Shown here: positions 22,727 to 33,739 of the stretch, piece by piece
Position numbering within the stretch: position 1 is the stretch's first letter
Layout of the letters: every line of letters begins with the position of its first letter
Virus record (IMG/VR): IMGVR_UViG_3300031992_000028
Reading direction: 5' to 3' (one strand)
Length of the DNA stretch: 64,000 nucleotides
DNA from: a virus
Taxonomy: Duplodnaviria; Caudoviricetes
Notes under the pieces: generated by a model
What the model saw: only the letters and a program-made list of their open reading frames with translations
What the model was told of the DNA's origin: nothing
Databases searched by the model: none
Position numbers and translations under genes: made by a program

Positions 22727-24085
22727 ATGAGACAAAATTTACTTGAGACTTATAGTCGTCAATTAAAGGTTGCTGAAGCCTACGTTGCCAAAAACTTCGA
22801 TGGCAAACAAATTTCAGCAAATACTCAACTCACTACTGCTGTCTTATTAGACAACACAAACCGTTGGTTAACAGAAGCCATGAGCACTGAAGCCACACAA
22901 CGTTCTGACTTAGGCGATTGGAAGAAATTCTGCTTAAATTTAACAAATATTGCTGTTCCATCATTAATCGCTAACGACCTCGTTATCGTTCACCCAATGA
23001 CAAGCTACAGCGGCTCCGTTGCTTACTTAAGCTACGTCAGCAAAACTGATAAGGGTGGCATTAAGAAAGGCTTCGAATTCAACGGTGTCTTCGGTCTTGG
23101 TGCTTCCTCACCAGAAAGAACTGCCTTCTCTTCACAAGTTATTGTTGAAAAAATCGGATCTGATGGAAAAACTTCCTTAGAACCAGTTGAATGCGGTAAA
23201 TTTGTTGTTAAAGAAGAAGGAAAAGAAGTTGCATATGATGCTAAAGTTATCGCTAAAGATGGTACAGTTTCTTACAAGAAAGCTTCCGAAATGCACGATT
23301 TACCAGAAGGTGTCAGAGTTGCATACTTCTCAAATGAATTCCAAATGGAACATGTTCCTGCAGAAGACATTCCAACAATTGGTCCAAAAATGGAAAGAAT
23401 CGCTCTTGTCGCTGAGCCAAGACGTATCGCTGTCCGTTACGATCAAATCACTGCTTTCCAAGCTAAAACTGACTATGGCTTCTCACTCGACAAACAAATC
23501 GCTGAGCAAGCTTGCGGTGAATTAGCTTACGAAATCGACACTGAAATCGTCGAAATGTTAGCTGAAGGCGCCAAAGAAGGCGACGTCAAGTTAACTTGGG
23601 ACAGAACTCTTCCTGTCGGTGTTTCTAAATTTGAACACTACAATGGTTTCTTAGAAGTCATTGAAGAAGCAAAAGCTGAAATCTACCGCAGAACTGGTAA
23701 ATTCCATCCTAACTACATGGTCATCGCTGCTGATGTCCTCCCAGTCTTACGTTTCGTTAATGGTTTCACAGCTGTTAAGAATGCTAAGATGAATGGTCCT
23801 TACAAAGTTGGTGAATTAGATGGTCTTAACATCTACGTCTCCCCAGCTCTTGGCAAAGGCGAATTCTTCCTTGGTTTAAACGGTTCCGATATGATGAGCT
23901 CTGCTGGTGTCTACGCACCTTACATGGCTATCGTCCCAACCCAATTACTTGGAACACCAGACGGTGGTTTAGCACAAGGCTTCTCAACATGGTATGCCAA
24001 AGCATTACTCAATAAGAATCTTCTTATTGCTGGTGAAGTTACTGGTGTTGCCAACGACTACAGAAAAATCGTCGTTGAGAAATAA
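22727..24085 (+). CDS. Major capsid protein, T4 gp23-like
   Basis: VHPMTSYSG, LAYEIDTEI, VYAPYM motifs; distinct high-expression codon usage; follows protease. Confidence 0.92.
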   Translation: MRQNLLETYSRQLKVAEAYVAKNFDGKQISANTQLTTAVLLDNTNRWLTEAMSTEATQRSDLGDWKKFCLNLTNIAVPSLIANDLVIVHPMTSYSGSVAYLSYVSKTDKGGIKKGFEFNGVFGLGASSPERTAFSSQVIVEKIGSDGKTSLEPVECGKFVVKEEGKEVAYDAKVIAKDGTVSYKKASEMHDLPEGVRVAYFSNEFQMEHVPAEDIPTIGPKMERIALVAEPRRIAVRYDQITAFQAKTDYGFSLDKQIAEQACGELAYEIDTEIVEMLAEGAKEGDVKLTWDRTLPVGVSKFEHYNGFLEVIEEAKAEIYRRTGKFHPNYMVIAADVLPVLRFVNGFTAVKNAKMNGPYKVGELDGLNIYVSPALGKGEFFLGLNGSDMMSSAGVYAPYMAIVPTQLLGTPDGGLAQGFSTWYAKALLNKNLLIAGEVTGVANDYRKIVVEK

Positions 24086-24107
24086 TTAAGCTTAAACGAT
24101 TTAAATT

Positions 24108-24134
24108 AGAGGTTTCTTCGGAAACCTCTTTTTT
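24108..24134 (+). terminator. Intrinsic terminator with UUCG tetraloop
   Basis: AGAGGTTTC-TTCG-GAAACCTCT followed by TTTTT. Confidence 0.9.
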
Positions 24135-24184
24135 ATGCTAAAATTATGCCCCTTACTATTGTATAATATAATAGGAAAAAGGCT

Positions 24185-25633
24185 ATGAATATTACAGAAA
24201 TTAAATTAGACTTAATAGCACATGGTGGAAATTTACCTGGTATATATAAAATTACCAGAAAATCTGATGGAAAAGTTTATATTGGCCAAACAGAAAAACC
24301 AATTGCAGAGCGTATTGAACAGCATATTAATAATAAACATATTAATCGAAATTCAGATAATATCGACCATGCAATAAAGAATGAAGGCATTGATGCTTTT
24401 AAATATGAAGTCGAGTTATTTTTGCCACATGCTGATACAGACCAACTATGGGATTTAGAAAGTCAATATATAAGTAAATATAATAGTTACAACAATGGTT
24501 TTAATCTTACTAAAGGAAATCACGTTGGAAACTCAATTAAAAATACTGCAAGTTATATTATGCACACTGTTAAAGTTGAGCTTTTCAAAAAATTAGCAAA
24601 GAAATTTAATTTAGATTTTACAAATAAAACTGTATTATTAATTAATTCATTTGGTAAATTTGTAAAAGCACACCTTGATTATGAAGATTGTATTGTTACA
24701 GAAATTTTCAGTAGTGCATTTGTTGAGCCAGATAATAATGGCGAGCTTAAAGTTAATAGTAAGGAGTATGGTAAATATATTATGGAAGAATTAATAAAAT
24801 TAAAAGGAAAACACTTTGATATCATTATCAGTAACCCACCTTATTCAAGTATTGGAGCAAATATCTCAAGCTTTATTAAAGATAATATTGATTATGATGA
24901 ATTTGTAAATCTTTTACCTGCTAACGACTATACTAGAAATGATAAACATGATTTATTTAAATATACTGATTTATCAAATATGATTGCAATTAAAGATGGC
25001 TTTACTGATGCAGCAGTTACTACTCATGCTACTAGAATTTTTAAAGAGCCATGTATGTATATTACAGAAGAAGCCTTTGAAATTGAAAATTATATTGACC
25101 CAATTATGAAAAAATATTTCTATGAAAATAGAAAGAGAACACATGCTGCAATTGATAATGCAGTCTATAAACCTGCACTTGCCTCATTTAAACAGATGTT
25201 TGATTTAAAGAAATGTTTTTATATAGGAAAACGCGACCTTACTAATGAACACTTACCATATTCAAAAAATTGTTTAAGTTATAAAGTTAATGTTGAGCAC
25301 AGTGTTACTCATGATGATATAATTAATCTATCGGCTCCAAGTGAACAAGCAAATGGTAATGTCGGTGATTTCAGCTTAATTCAATTAGACACAGACCTTG
25401 AACAAAATAATATGGCTGAATTCTTCTATAGCCCAGAAGGTTTTAGATTTTTTGCAAAAATTGCTGTTGCAATGAACTTAGATAGTTATTGTGCACCAAG
25501 TAAGTATATGCCAAAAGTTGATTGGAAAAAGAAACAAACAGTTAAAAGTATCTTAAAAGAGTATAAATATACACCAGAAGAAATTGATGCAGTTATTGCA
25601 GACCTAAATAATTTTAAAGGAATGAAAGACTAA
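24185..25633 (+). CDS. GIY-YIG nuclease domain fused to the catalytic (NPPY) and target-recognition part of an N6-adenine DNA methyltransferase
   Basis: GIYKI...VYIGQT...ER..QH...E...YN..N at N-terminus; FDIIISNPPY; no intact SAM-binding motif I. Confidence 0.75.
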   Translation: MNITEIKLDLIAHGGNLPGIYKITRKSDGKVYIGQTEKPIAERIEQHINNKHINRNSDNIDHAIKNEGIDAFKYEVELFLPHADTDQLWDLESQYISKYNSYNNGFNLTKGNHVGNSIKNTASYIMHTVKVELFKKLAKKFNLDFTNKTVLLINSFGKFVKAHLDYEDCIVTEIFSSAFVEPDNNGELKVNSKEYGKYIMEELIKLKGKHFDIIISNPPYSSIGANISSFIKDNIDYDEFVNLLPANDYTRNDKHDLFKYTDLSNMIAIKDGFTDAAVTTHATRIFKEPCMYITEEAFEIENYIDPIMKKYFYENRKRTHAAIDNAVYKPALASFKQMFDLKKCFYIGKRDLTNEHLPYSKNCLSYKVNVEHSVTHDDIINLSAPSEQANGNVGDFSLIQLDTDLEQNNMAEFFYSPEGFRFFAKIAVAMNLDSYCAPSKYMPKVDWKKKQTVKSILKEYKYTPEEIDAVIADLNNFKGMKD

Positions 25634-26145
25634 TGAAATTGAGTGAAGAAATAAAACAAAAGATTATTGATATACTTGATTCAAAAGAATTTATGTCTGA
25701 CTTATATGAAGGACTTGATGAACAAACTAGAATTGAATTAGGACAATTTTATACACCAGCAAAAATTTGTATCCAAATGATTGAGCTGTATAAAACAGAT
25801 ACTTTTGAAGGTAAATTAATATTAGACCCTTGCTGTGGATCTGGAAATCTCTTAATAGCTATGCTTATTGCTGGAGCAGACAGTAATAAGATATATGGCA
25901 ATGAATTAGACCACAGAGCTGTTAGACTTGCAAGAAAAAGAGTAAACCGAGCATGTGATATTTTAGGTAAACCACATATTAAAGACTGGCAAATTCATAA
26001 AGGCAATGCTTTAGATAAATTTTGTTTACAATATTTTGAACCTGACTATAAAGAGCAGCTTAAACAACATTATCTTGATGAGCAATATGGCTTATTTCCA
26101 ATGCTAACAGCAGATCAAGAAGAGTTTTTAAAAGAAGTTGATTAA
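25633..26145 (+). CDS. N6-adenine methyltransferase SAM-binding half (motifs X, I-III; no NPPY)
   Basis: GQFYTP, ILDPCCGSGNLL, YGNELD, GNAL; TAATG translational coupling with the upstream gene. Confidence 0.8.
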   Translation: MKLSEEIKQKIIDILDSKEFMSDLYEGLDEQTRIELGQFYTPAKICIQMIELYKTDTFEGKLILDPCCGSGNLLIAMLIAGADSNKIYGNELDHRAVRLARKRVNRACDILGKPHIKDWQIHKGNALDKFCLQYFEPDYKEQLKQHYLDEQYGLFPMLTADQEEFLKEVD

Positions 26146-26164
26146 AAGCAACTTCTTTTATTTT
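26130..26164 (+). terminator. Intrinsic terminator overlapping the stop codon
   Basis: AAAAGAAGTTG...CAACTTCTTTT followed by T tract. Confidence 0.7.
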
Positions 26165-26181
26165 TGCTAAATTATACAAGA
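26165..26181 (+). promoter_or_regulatory. Putative late promoter TGCTAAATTATACAAGA
   Basis: Recurrent motif (variant 3' end). Confidence 0.6.
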
Positions 26182-26204
26182 GTAAAGGAATTATTTATTT
26201 TTGT

Positions 26205-28082
26205 ATGAACGTATATGCCGCATATAACTTAAATGAAGATATTAGAAAAAAGAGCTCTTCTGGCGGGGTTTTTTATTCTTTAGCTAAATATATTTTAGAC
26301 CAAAATGGTATTGTTTTTGGTGCTTCTTGAAATAAAGATTGACTAGTTGACCTGTGTTATATTGATAAACTAGAAGACCTACCAAAACTAATGGGGTCTA
26401 AGTATATTCAGGCCAATACCAAAGAAACATTTAAAGAATGTAAAGAATTTTTAGATTCTGGCAAATTAGTTTTATACTCTGGGCTTCCATGCCAACTGCA
26501 CGGCTTGAAAACATTTCTTAAAAAAGATTATAAAAATTTAATATTAGTTGATATTGCTTGTCATGGACTGCTCCCATTACAAGTTTGAAAAGACTATTTA
26601 GAAACAATTAAAAGACCAGATGCTGAAATTACTTCAATTAATTTTAGATTAAAAGAACCAGACTGAAATAACTATGCTTTTGAAGTAAAGTACTCTGACG
26701 GCAAAATTTTAAAAGAGCACCACAGTAAAAATAAATATATGCAAGCTTTTTTATGTGATAAGTATTTAAAAGCTTCTTGTTATAACTGTAAATTTAAAAA
26801 TAATTTTAGTTGTGCTGATATAACTATTGGAGATGCATGGGGCGCTAATACTAATTTCGATTCTAAAAATGGTATTAGTTTTATTATTACTAGAACTGCT
26901 GCCGGCGAGGACTTGCTAAATAATACTGATATTAAAAAAGATAAACTTATCTATAATGACCCATCAAAAAACGGCTGCCTTAAAAATAAAATTGATACTA
27001 AGCTATGCCCATATAATAAAGACATATTTAAGAAAAAAGTTGGTATAATTACTTTACATCTAATTGATAATTTTGGTGGAACTTTACAAGCATATGCCTT
27101 AAATAAATTAATTACAAATGCTGGCTATGATGTTGAGACTATTACATGAAAAGATGATAGAATTCTACCATTTGCTAAAACTAATGTAAAACTTAGAGTA
27201 TTTAATACTTCTAATGATATTAAAAATATTAATGAAAATGATTATGATATACTAGTAGTTGGCAGTGACCAAATCTGAAGAAAACAGTTTATTACTGGAG
27301 ACTTTAAACAAGACTATATTAATATTCCATTTTTACAATTTACAAATAATTGAACTAAAACAAGAATTTCATATGCTGCATCTATTGGTGTTGCTGAAAA
27401 TACTTGAGAGTATAATAAAGAAGATTGTGATAAGATTAAACAATTATTACAAGCTTTTAATGCAGTTTCAGTTAGAGAATTACAATCAATAGAAGACTGC
27501 AAAAAGCATTTCGGACTTACTGTTAACCAATGTGTAGACCCAACAATGCTTTTATCAAAAAATGAATATATTGATCTTTGTAAAAATGAACCAATAAATA
27601 ATAGTGAAGTATTTATATATTTATTAGATGAAAATAAAGAAAAGCTAGCTGTAATAAATAACTACTGCAAAGAAAATAATTTAACATATTTTAAATGCAA
27701 TAAATCAGTTGAGTCATGATTAGCGGCTTTTAGAGATGCCAAATATATTATAACTGATTCATTTCATGGTTGTATTTTTGCGATAATATTTAATAAACCA
27801 TTTATTTGCTTATATAATAAGTGAAGAGGAAATGCTAGATTTGACTCTTTGGTTGCTATGTTTGATATGAATAATATTATTTATGATATTGGCCAACTAT
27901 CTACTACAGACTGACAAGTAATAGATATTAATAAGATATCAAATAAACTAAATAGCTCAAAAGAATATCTAATAACTTCATTATCTTTGCCAGCTAAAAA
28001 AATGAGCGTTGATATTAAGCAAGAGAAAAAACAAGAACAAAAACAAACACAAAAAAAGAAAACTACCTATCTATACTTTTAA
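26205..28082 (+). CDS. FrhB/FdhB-like Fe-S protein fused to a polysaccharide pyruvyl transferase-family domain (625 aa, about 11 TGA=Trp)
   Basis: SSSGGVF, GSKY.Q, G.PCQ, D.ACHG, SCYNC, DITIGDAWG; then GIITLH..NFGG.LQAYAL, GSDQIW, SYAASIG, SVRE, DPTMLL, TDSFHG; single frame to TAA 28080-28082. Confidence 0.85.
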
Positions 28083-28093
28083 GGAGAATTATC

Positions 28094-29035
28094 ATGGAAG
28101 AAGAAAGACGTGCTTGATTACTATTTTTAAGCTCAAATAACTATTATCTTTATATGCTACTTGGTATATATAAGAATCTTTTAGATGTCAAGACAAAGTA
28201 TCCGATTTATTGCGGCGTGACACAAGAAGTTAATTTTGAAACACGTAATATTTTAAAAACAGTTGGGCTTAACCTAATTGACTTAGATACCCAAATAATA
28301 TCTGCTGATGTAATAAGAGCAGTTAAAGATAACAATAGCGAGCATTATTTTAAAGCTTTTACTAAACTTACTTTGCTTGATACACAAGTAGAAAAAATGT
28401 TTGACAAAATTGTGTATATAGATACAGATGTTGAAATATTAGAAAATATTGATGAAGTATTTGATTACCCACATATGGCAGCAATTGAAGATGTTGCACC
28501 ATCTAGTAATAAAATAAAAACGCCATACACTCTTGGTTGCTCTAAATTTTGCAGCGGCATGTTTGTCTGAGATTTTAAAAATAATCAAGGAAAAGGGCAC
28601 GAAATTCTTTTAAAACTTCCAGAGCTTGATAAGAAAATTACTTGGCATGACCAAAATGTATTAAATTATTTCTATCAAGATTGAAGAGAAAAACCTGAGT
28701 TACACATACCACCTGAGTATGGTATTATGAATTTTAAAGCAAATACTGATAAGCTTCCAGCTAACATAAAAATAAAAGCAATTCATTATACAAGCAGAAT
28801 AAAAACCGACTGACCTTTTAGACATCAAAAAATTCTTAAAGAATATAATTGAAAGTTTGGAAATTTATTTTTTAAAGAATGAGTGCAACATATTGCTGAT
28901 TCAATAAAATACTTTAATGAAAAGTACAGCTTAAGAATTCCAAGTCTTCATCCAGAAAATATTGTATTATTAACAAAAGAAGAAGAGCGAGAAATTAAGG
29001 CTGATGGAAGACGTGGCTGTTACTTATATTTTTAA
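28094..29035 (+). CDS. Glycosyltransferase family 8 (glycogenin-like), 313 aa with TGA=Trp
   Basis: FTKL, YIDTD (DxD), NIDEVF, F.SGMFV, DQNVLN, IHY motifs; GGAG RBS. Confidence 0.8.
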
Positions 29036-29066
29036 GACTATTTTTTATTAAACTAATAGTCTTTTT
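29034..29066 (+). terminator. Probable intrinsic terminator
   Basis: AAGACTATT...AATAGTCTT followed by TTT. Confidence 0.6.
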
Positions 29067-29076
29067 GCTATTTATT

Positions 29077-29091
29077 TGCTAAATTAATTGA
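29077..29091 (+). promoter_or_regulatory. Putative late promoter TGCTAAATTAATTGA
   Basis: Recurrent intergenic motif. Confidence 0.7.
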
Positions 29092-29123
29092 TAAGTTGCG
29101 AACAGGAGGAGAAAAGATAATTC

Positions 29124-29846
29124 ATGACTAAAAAAGATGTCGTAGATGAAATCAAACTCGAACTCACGGGTCAAGTCTTAGAAATGGAATTAGATGATTC
29201 TACTCTTGATTTGACTATCAATAAAGCAATGCGTGAACTTCAAAGATATTGAGATGAATCCACATTAATTACTATTCCATTTGCTTCTTGTATTGAATAT
29301 GCTGGAACACCTCTTGAAGAGGCTAGCTCAATAGTAAATGTATACCGAACAGTTGGAGTTGGTAATTCAAATGATGCAGGAAATTCTGTAACAATGGATC
29401 CATTATATGCTCAACAATGAATGGTATTTAGTAATGCTGGAACAATGTATAATTTACAAGATTATGTATTGAATTATGCTGCCTGGAGCACATTAACCCA
29501 AGTACGAAATACAATGTCTACTGATATGGCATTCAGAGAAGATAAACATGCTTGCAGATTATATATCAATAATAATATTTCAAGCCCAGGCAGTGTCACA
29601 ATTGAATATATCCCAAAACTTAAAAAAGTTGAAGATATAAAAAGTGACTATTGAAAAGATATTCTTGTAAGAATGAGTTTAGATTTTACAAAAATTCAAA
29701 TTGGTAGAATAAGAACAAAATTTACACAAACTAATGCTCTATGGACATTAGATGGTGATAAACTTCTTGAAGAAGGAAATACAGACTTAAAAGAATTAAG
29801 AGAAATATTAAGGGCCAATAGTAATATGGTCTATCCAATTAATTAA
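29124..29846 (+). CDS. Neck/head-completion protein, T4 gp13-like (240 aa with TGA=Trp)
   Basis: N-terminal IKLELTG..LEMELDD, C-terminal GRIRTKF..LDGDKLLEEG..L; position. Confidence 0.7.
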
Positions 29847-29857
29847 GGAGACAAAAC

Positions 29858-32800
29858 ATGGAAAAAGAATCCGTAAAGAAATTTGATTTAGAAGCTGCTT
29901 TTAAAGCTTTAGATGAGATTGAAATTCCTCAAACTAAGGGCATCAAAGCTAATAGAGTCGATTTGAAAGAAAGATTCAATCATAAATCTGCCCATGAAAC
30001 ATTAATTGAAGATTATTATGATGTTTCTAGCACAGAAGATTTAGAAGAAGCTAAAGAAGAAAGAGAAGGAGAAGTCGCGCAAGCTAAATTAGCACGTATT
30101 GAAAAAATTGTTGATTTAGATGCTGAGACTGCTGATGACCTTTTACCATCTTACGTTGGCAAAGTTATTATGCAATGTCCTCAATGTATGACTCTCTTTT
30201 ATAAAAATCCAGAAGATATTGAGCACTCAGAAGAAAACCCAGATGTCGTTAACATTAATGAAGTTTGTCAACACTGTGGAAACACTTCAGGTTATACTTT
30301 AATTGGTAAAGTTGACAGTGTTTCTGAAGAAGAAGCTGATAAGTATGACGAAACTTCTGTAGAAGAAAATGAGCTTGACCTTGACTTTGAGGAACCAACT
30401 GAAGAAGTTGATGCTGAAGGAACAGGTGAAGGCGCTGAAGAAATGTCTGGTGATGAAGAGTTATCTGAGGACGAATTAAAAGAGTTAGAGCTTGACTTAG
30501 AAGATATCCCAGAAGAAGAGCCAGAAGATGAAAAGAAAGAAGAAAGCTTAAACCTTTCAACCGAAACTTCTGAAAATGAAACTGAACATAAGTCTGAAAA
30601 TTTAACACTTAATGAAGAAGCTACAGATGAAAGTTTAAATAATTCAGAAGTCCAAAAAGAAGCTGAAGAAGGCTCTGAACTTAAAACAGAAAATGAATCT
30701 GAAAATCTTACCTTAAATGAAGATGCTTTTGATTACAATAATATTCCATCTTGGAATGATGATGAAATCCTCATTAAAAACGATGCAGGTCTTCCAAGTG
30801 AAAAATTACCAGTAATTAATTATTTCTTGGATTGTTCTGGAAGCTGGCAAATGAAAGGCTGGCTACAAGAAATTGATGAAATGCGTCGATTAAAAGATAG
30901 TAATACTGCAATAGTAAAAGTATATTTTGTTTCAGATCATATTTATAATAACCCAAATGATGCCCGTAAGGGTGGACACTCTACTGGATTTAAAGAAGTT
31001 GTTGATTATGCAAAAGCTCATCCAGAAGAAAAATGTATTATTCGCACTGATGATGATTATAAAACACAAGGTGGCGAAGAGCTAGAAAAACTTCCAAATG
31101 TCGAGCTCAGACTCCACACTATCGGTGAAAGCTTAACCGAAGAAGTTGATAAAGATTTAGATGCAAAATTAAAAGCACATAATGATTATATTGCTTATTT
31201 ACAACAAATGATTAAGCAAGAAGAAGAAGCTTTAAAGAAAGCAGAAAATGATGAAATCAAAGCTGCTATTCAAAGAAGATTAGATGCTTTTACACAAGAT
31301 TTACATGATGCACTTCCAGATGTTCTTAAAGATGAACCAGAAGCTAATGAAGTAGCTACTGAAGAACCTGTTGAAGAAATGCCGACTGAGGCTCAGGCAG
31401 AAGAAGAGCCAAAAACTGATGAACCAGCTGAAGAAGAAGCTCCTGTTGAAGAACAATTAACAGAAGAAGCTGCTGAAGAAGAAAAACCAGCTGAAGGTAA
31501 TGAAGTTGACTATGTTGAATACAAGCACTCATATTGCCATGCTTTAGCACCAAAATTAAAAGCTATTAACTATTTAGTTAATGTTAAAAAAGTTGAACCT
31601 AAAATCTTAAAAGGTTATATTCTTAAATTATTAAAAGATGCTGATGTTAAGTGGACTGAAAAAGAAAAAGAATTTAAGAAAAATATTGAAACTAAAGAAG
31701 ATAATTATGATATCTTAAACTATGTTAAAAATAGTATTGAAAAAGCTAAAACTATTAAAGTCAAAGTTGATGAAAATGGTGAATTAGTTGAAGGCTTAAA
31801 TGAAGGCTTTGAAGGCTGTTTATATGAAGTCTTAACTGAAAGCTTAAATAAGTCTGAAGAAACAAGCGAACATAAAACTGAAAATGAATCTGAAAATTTA
31901 ACACTTAATGAAGGTGCTGAAGCCGAAATAGATTCTATTATTGCTTCATGGGACTTTAATGAAAGTTTAACAGAAGAAGGTAATTTAGATAAATTGCTCG
32001 ATAGCGACGAATTCAAAACACCAGTTTCTGAAGAAGAAATTGATGCTGCAAGAAAAGAAGCTGCAGAAGAAAGTTTAGAAGAATGTAATAAACCAGAGTT
32101 ATCTGAAGGTGTCACTGATCCTGAAATTGATGCCATTATTAATTCTTGGGGAGATGTTTCTGAAGCTTGTGAAGGACATGACTGCGAAGAAGGTTATACT
32201 GGCAACCCAGCTGAACGCACAACTCATTTAGAATACACAGATGATGACCCAACTGATGGTAAAGCTGTCCTTCCAGATAATATTGAAAAACAATTAACTG
32301 AAGGCGAAGAATGTGCAGATGGCGAATGTGAAAAGCCGTTAGAGGAATGCGGTGAAAAACCTCTTAAAGAAGAAGACGAAGTTCCAGCTGAAGAAGCTCC
32401 AGCAGAAGAACCTACTGAAGAAGAATCGAAAGAAGAGCTTCCAGAAGTAGAATTTACAACCTCAGAAGTTAAAGAAGTTGCTGATAATGTCGCTGAAAAA
32501 ATGATTGACAATATTGGAACCAAAGGTTTAACTATTGATACAGAAGAGTGAAAAGCTGATGCTGAAGAAGTTGTTGCTGATGCTGTTGAAGAAAAAATTG
32601 AAGCTGAAGAAGAAGTTGAAGCTGAAGAAGAGCCAGCTGAAACTGAAGAAGATGTGGTTGAAGAATCACTTACAGAAGAAGTTTTAGAGGAAGGCCCAAT
32701 TAATGCAATTAAAAATGCACTTGCAAATAAAACATTAAATAAATCATTCAGTAAATTTATTGTTAAATGCTATACAAAAGCTGCCCCAAATAAACCAGAA

Positions 32801-33673
32801 ACAAAAGAATTTGGTAAATTACAAGATGCAGAAGACTATGCAAAAGCTTTTACTCAAAACCCAAGTAACAAAGAAGCTTGGATTTGGGGTGATGAAGTTA
32901 AAAAAGAAAATGTGCTTACTGGTTGGGCCAATGGTAAAAGATCAGCTGATTTAAGACAAGGAACTGCAAAAGAATTTGATGCTATTGCTAAATCAGAAAA
33001 AGGTCTTGAAAAAGCTGGTAAAAAAGCTTTAGACGCTGAACCAGAAAAACCTATTACACCTCCAGAAGAAACAGAAGAAGCTCCAGTTAAAGAAGCACCA
33101 GTTGAGGAAACTCCAAAACCTGAAGAAGAAAAACCAGAGGAAACTTCCACAGATGCTTCAAAAAAATTAAAAGTTGCAGATATACTTGCTGCATTAGAAG
33201 CTAAATACCCTGGCAAGAAAAATAATAAGATTGTTGCAGCTATGCTAAAAAATGCTGGTCTTGCAGAAAGTTTAGATTCTACAGAAGCTGTTTCACTTTG
33301 TGAAGCTGTTGATAACCTAGATAGTATTGAGGACTTAAATGAAGAAGCTTTTAATACTAAAATAAGTGAATTCTTAACAGAAGTTTATTCTAATGTTAAA
33401 TCATTTACTGCTACTGAATGCCAACTAATTGAAGAAAAATTAGTTATTACTGGAAAAATTGGTTTTAATAGCGGTAATGAAAAATTAACAGTATTTGAAT
33501 TTTTACCAAATTATGGAGATGGACATTTATTCTTTGAAGGCTATAATAAAGACTTCTCAGAAGATAATGCATTTACATTAAATTATTCAATTAATGAATC
33601 AAAAGAGCTTATTACTGAAAGTTTTGGTTATAAGTATAAAATTAATGAAACATTAGTTGAAGGCTTAAAATAA
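29858..33673 (+). CDS. Very large acidic modular protein with Zn ribbon and internal VWA-like domain, probable head-internal polyprotein (1271 aa, one TGA at 32549-32551)
   Basis: 29858..32551 and 32654..33673 in frame; CPQC...CQHC; FLDCSGSW...RTDDD; over 15 L-x-E/ESLTE motifs. Confidence 0.75.
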
Positions 33674-33687
33674 ATATTAAACCAAAT

Positions 33688-33720
33688 GGGCTGGTTAAAT
33701 AGATAGCCAGCCCTTGTTTT
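33688..33720 (+). terminator. Hairpin, possible weak terminator
   Basis: GGGCTGG...CCAGCCC followed by TTGTTTT. Confidence 0.55.
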
Positions 33721-33739
33721 CAAAGAAAGGAGTATAAAT

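Noticed and set aside
24185-24520. Group I intron or intein-associated homing endonuclease in the capsid gene
   Set aside because: The capsid ORF is complete and terminated upstream, and the GIY-YIG domain is fused in frame to an MTase half
26205-27030. True F420-reducing hydrogenase implying a methanogen host
   Set aside because: Fusion to a pyruvyl transferase-family domain next to a GT8 matches the polysaccharide-locus FrhB-like subfamily, and the RBS and terminator signals are bacterial
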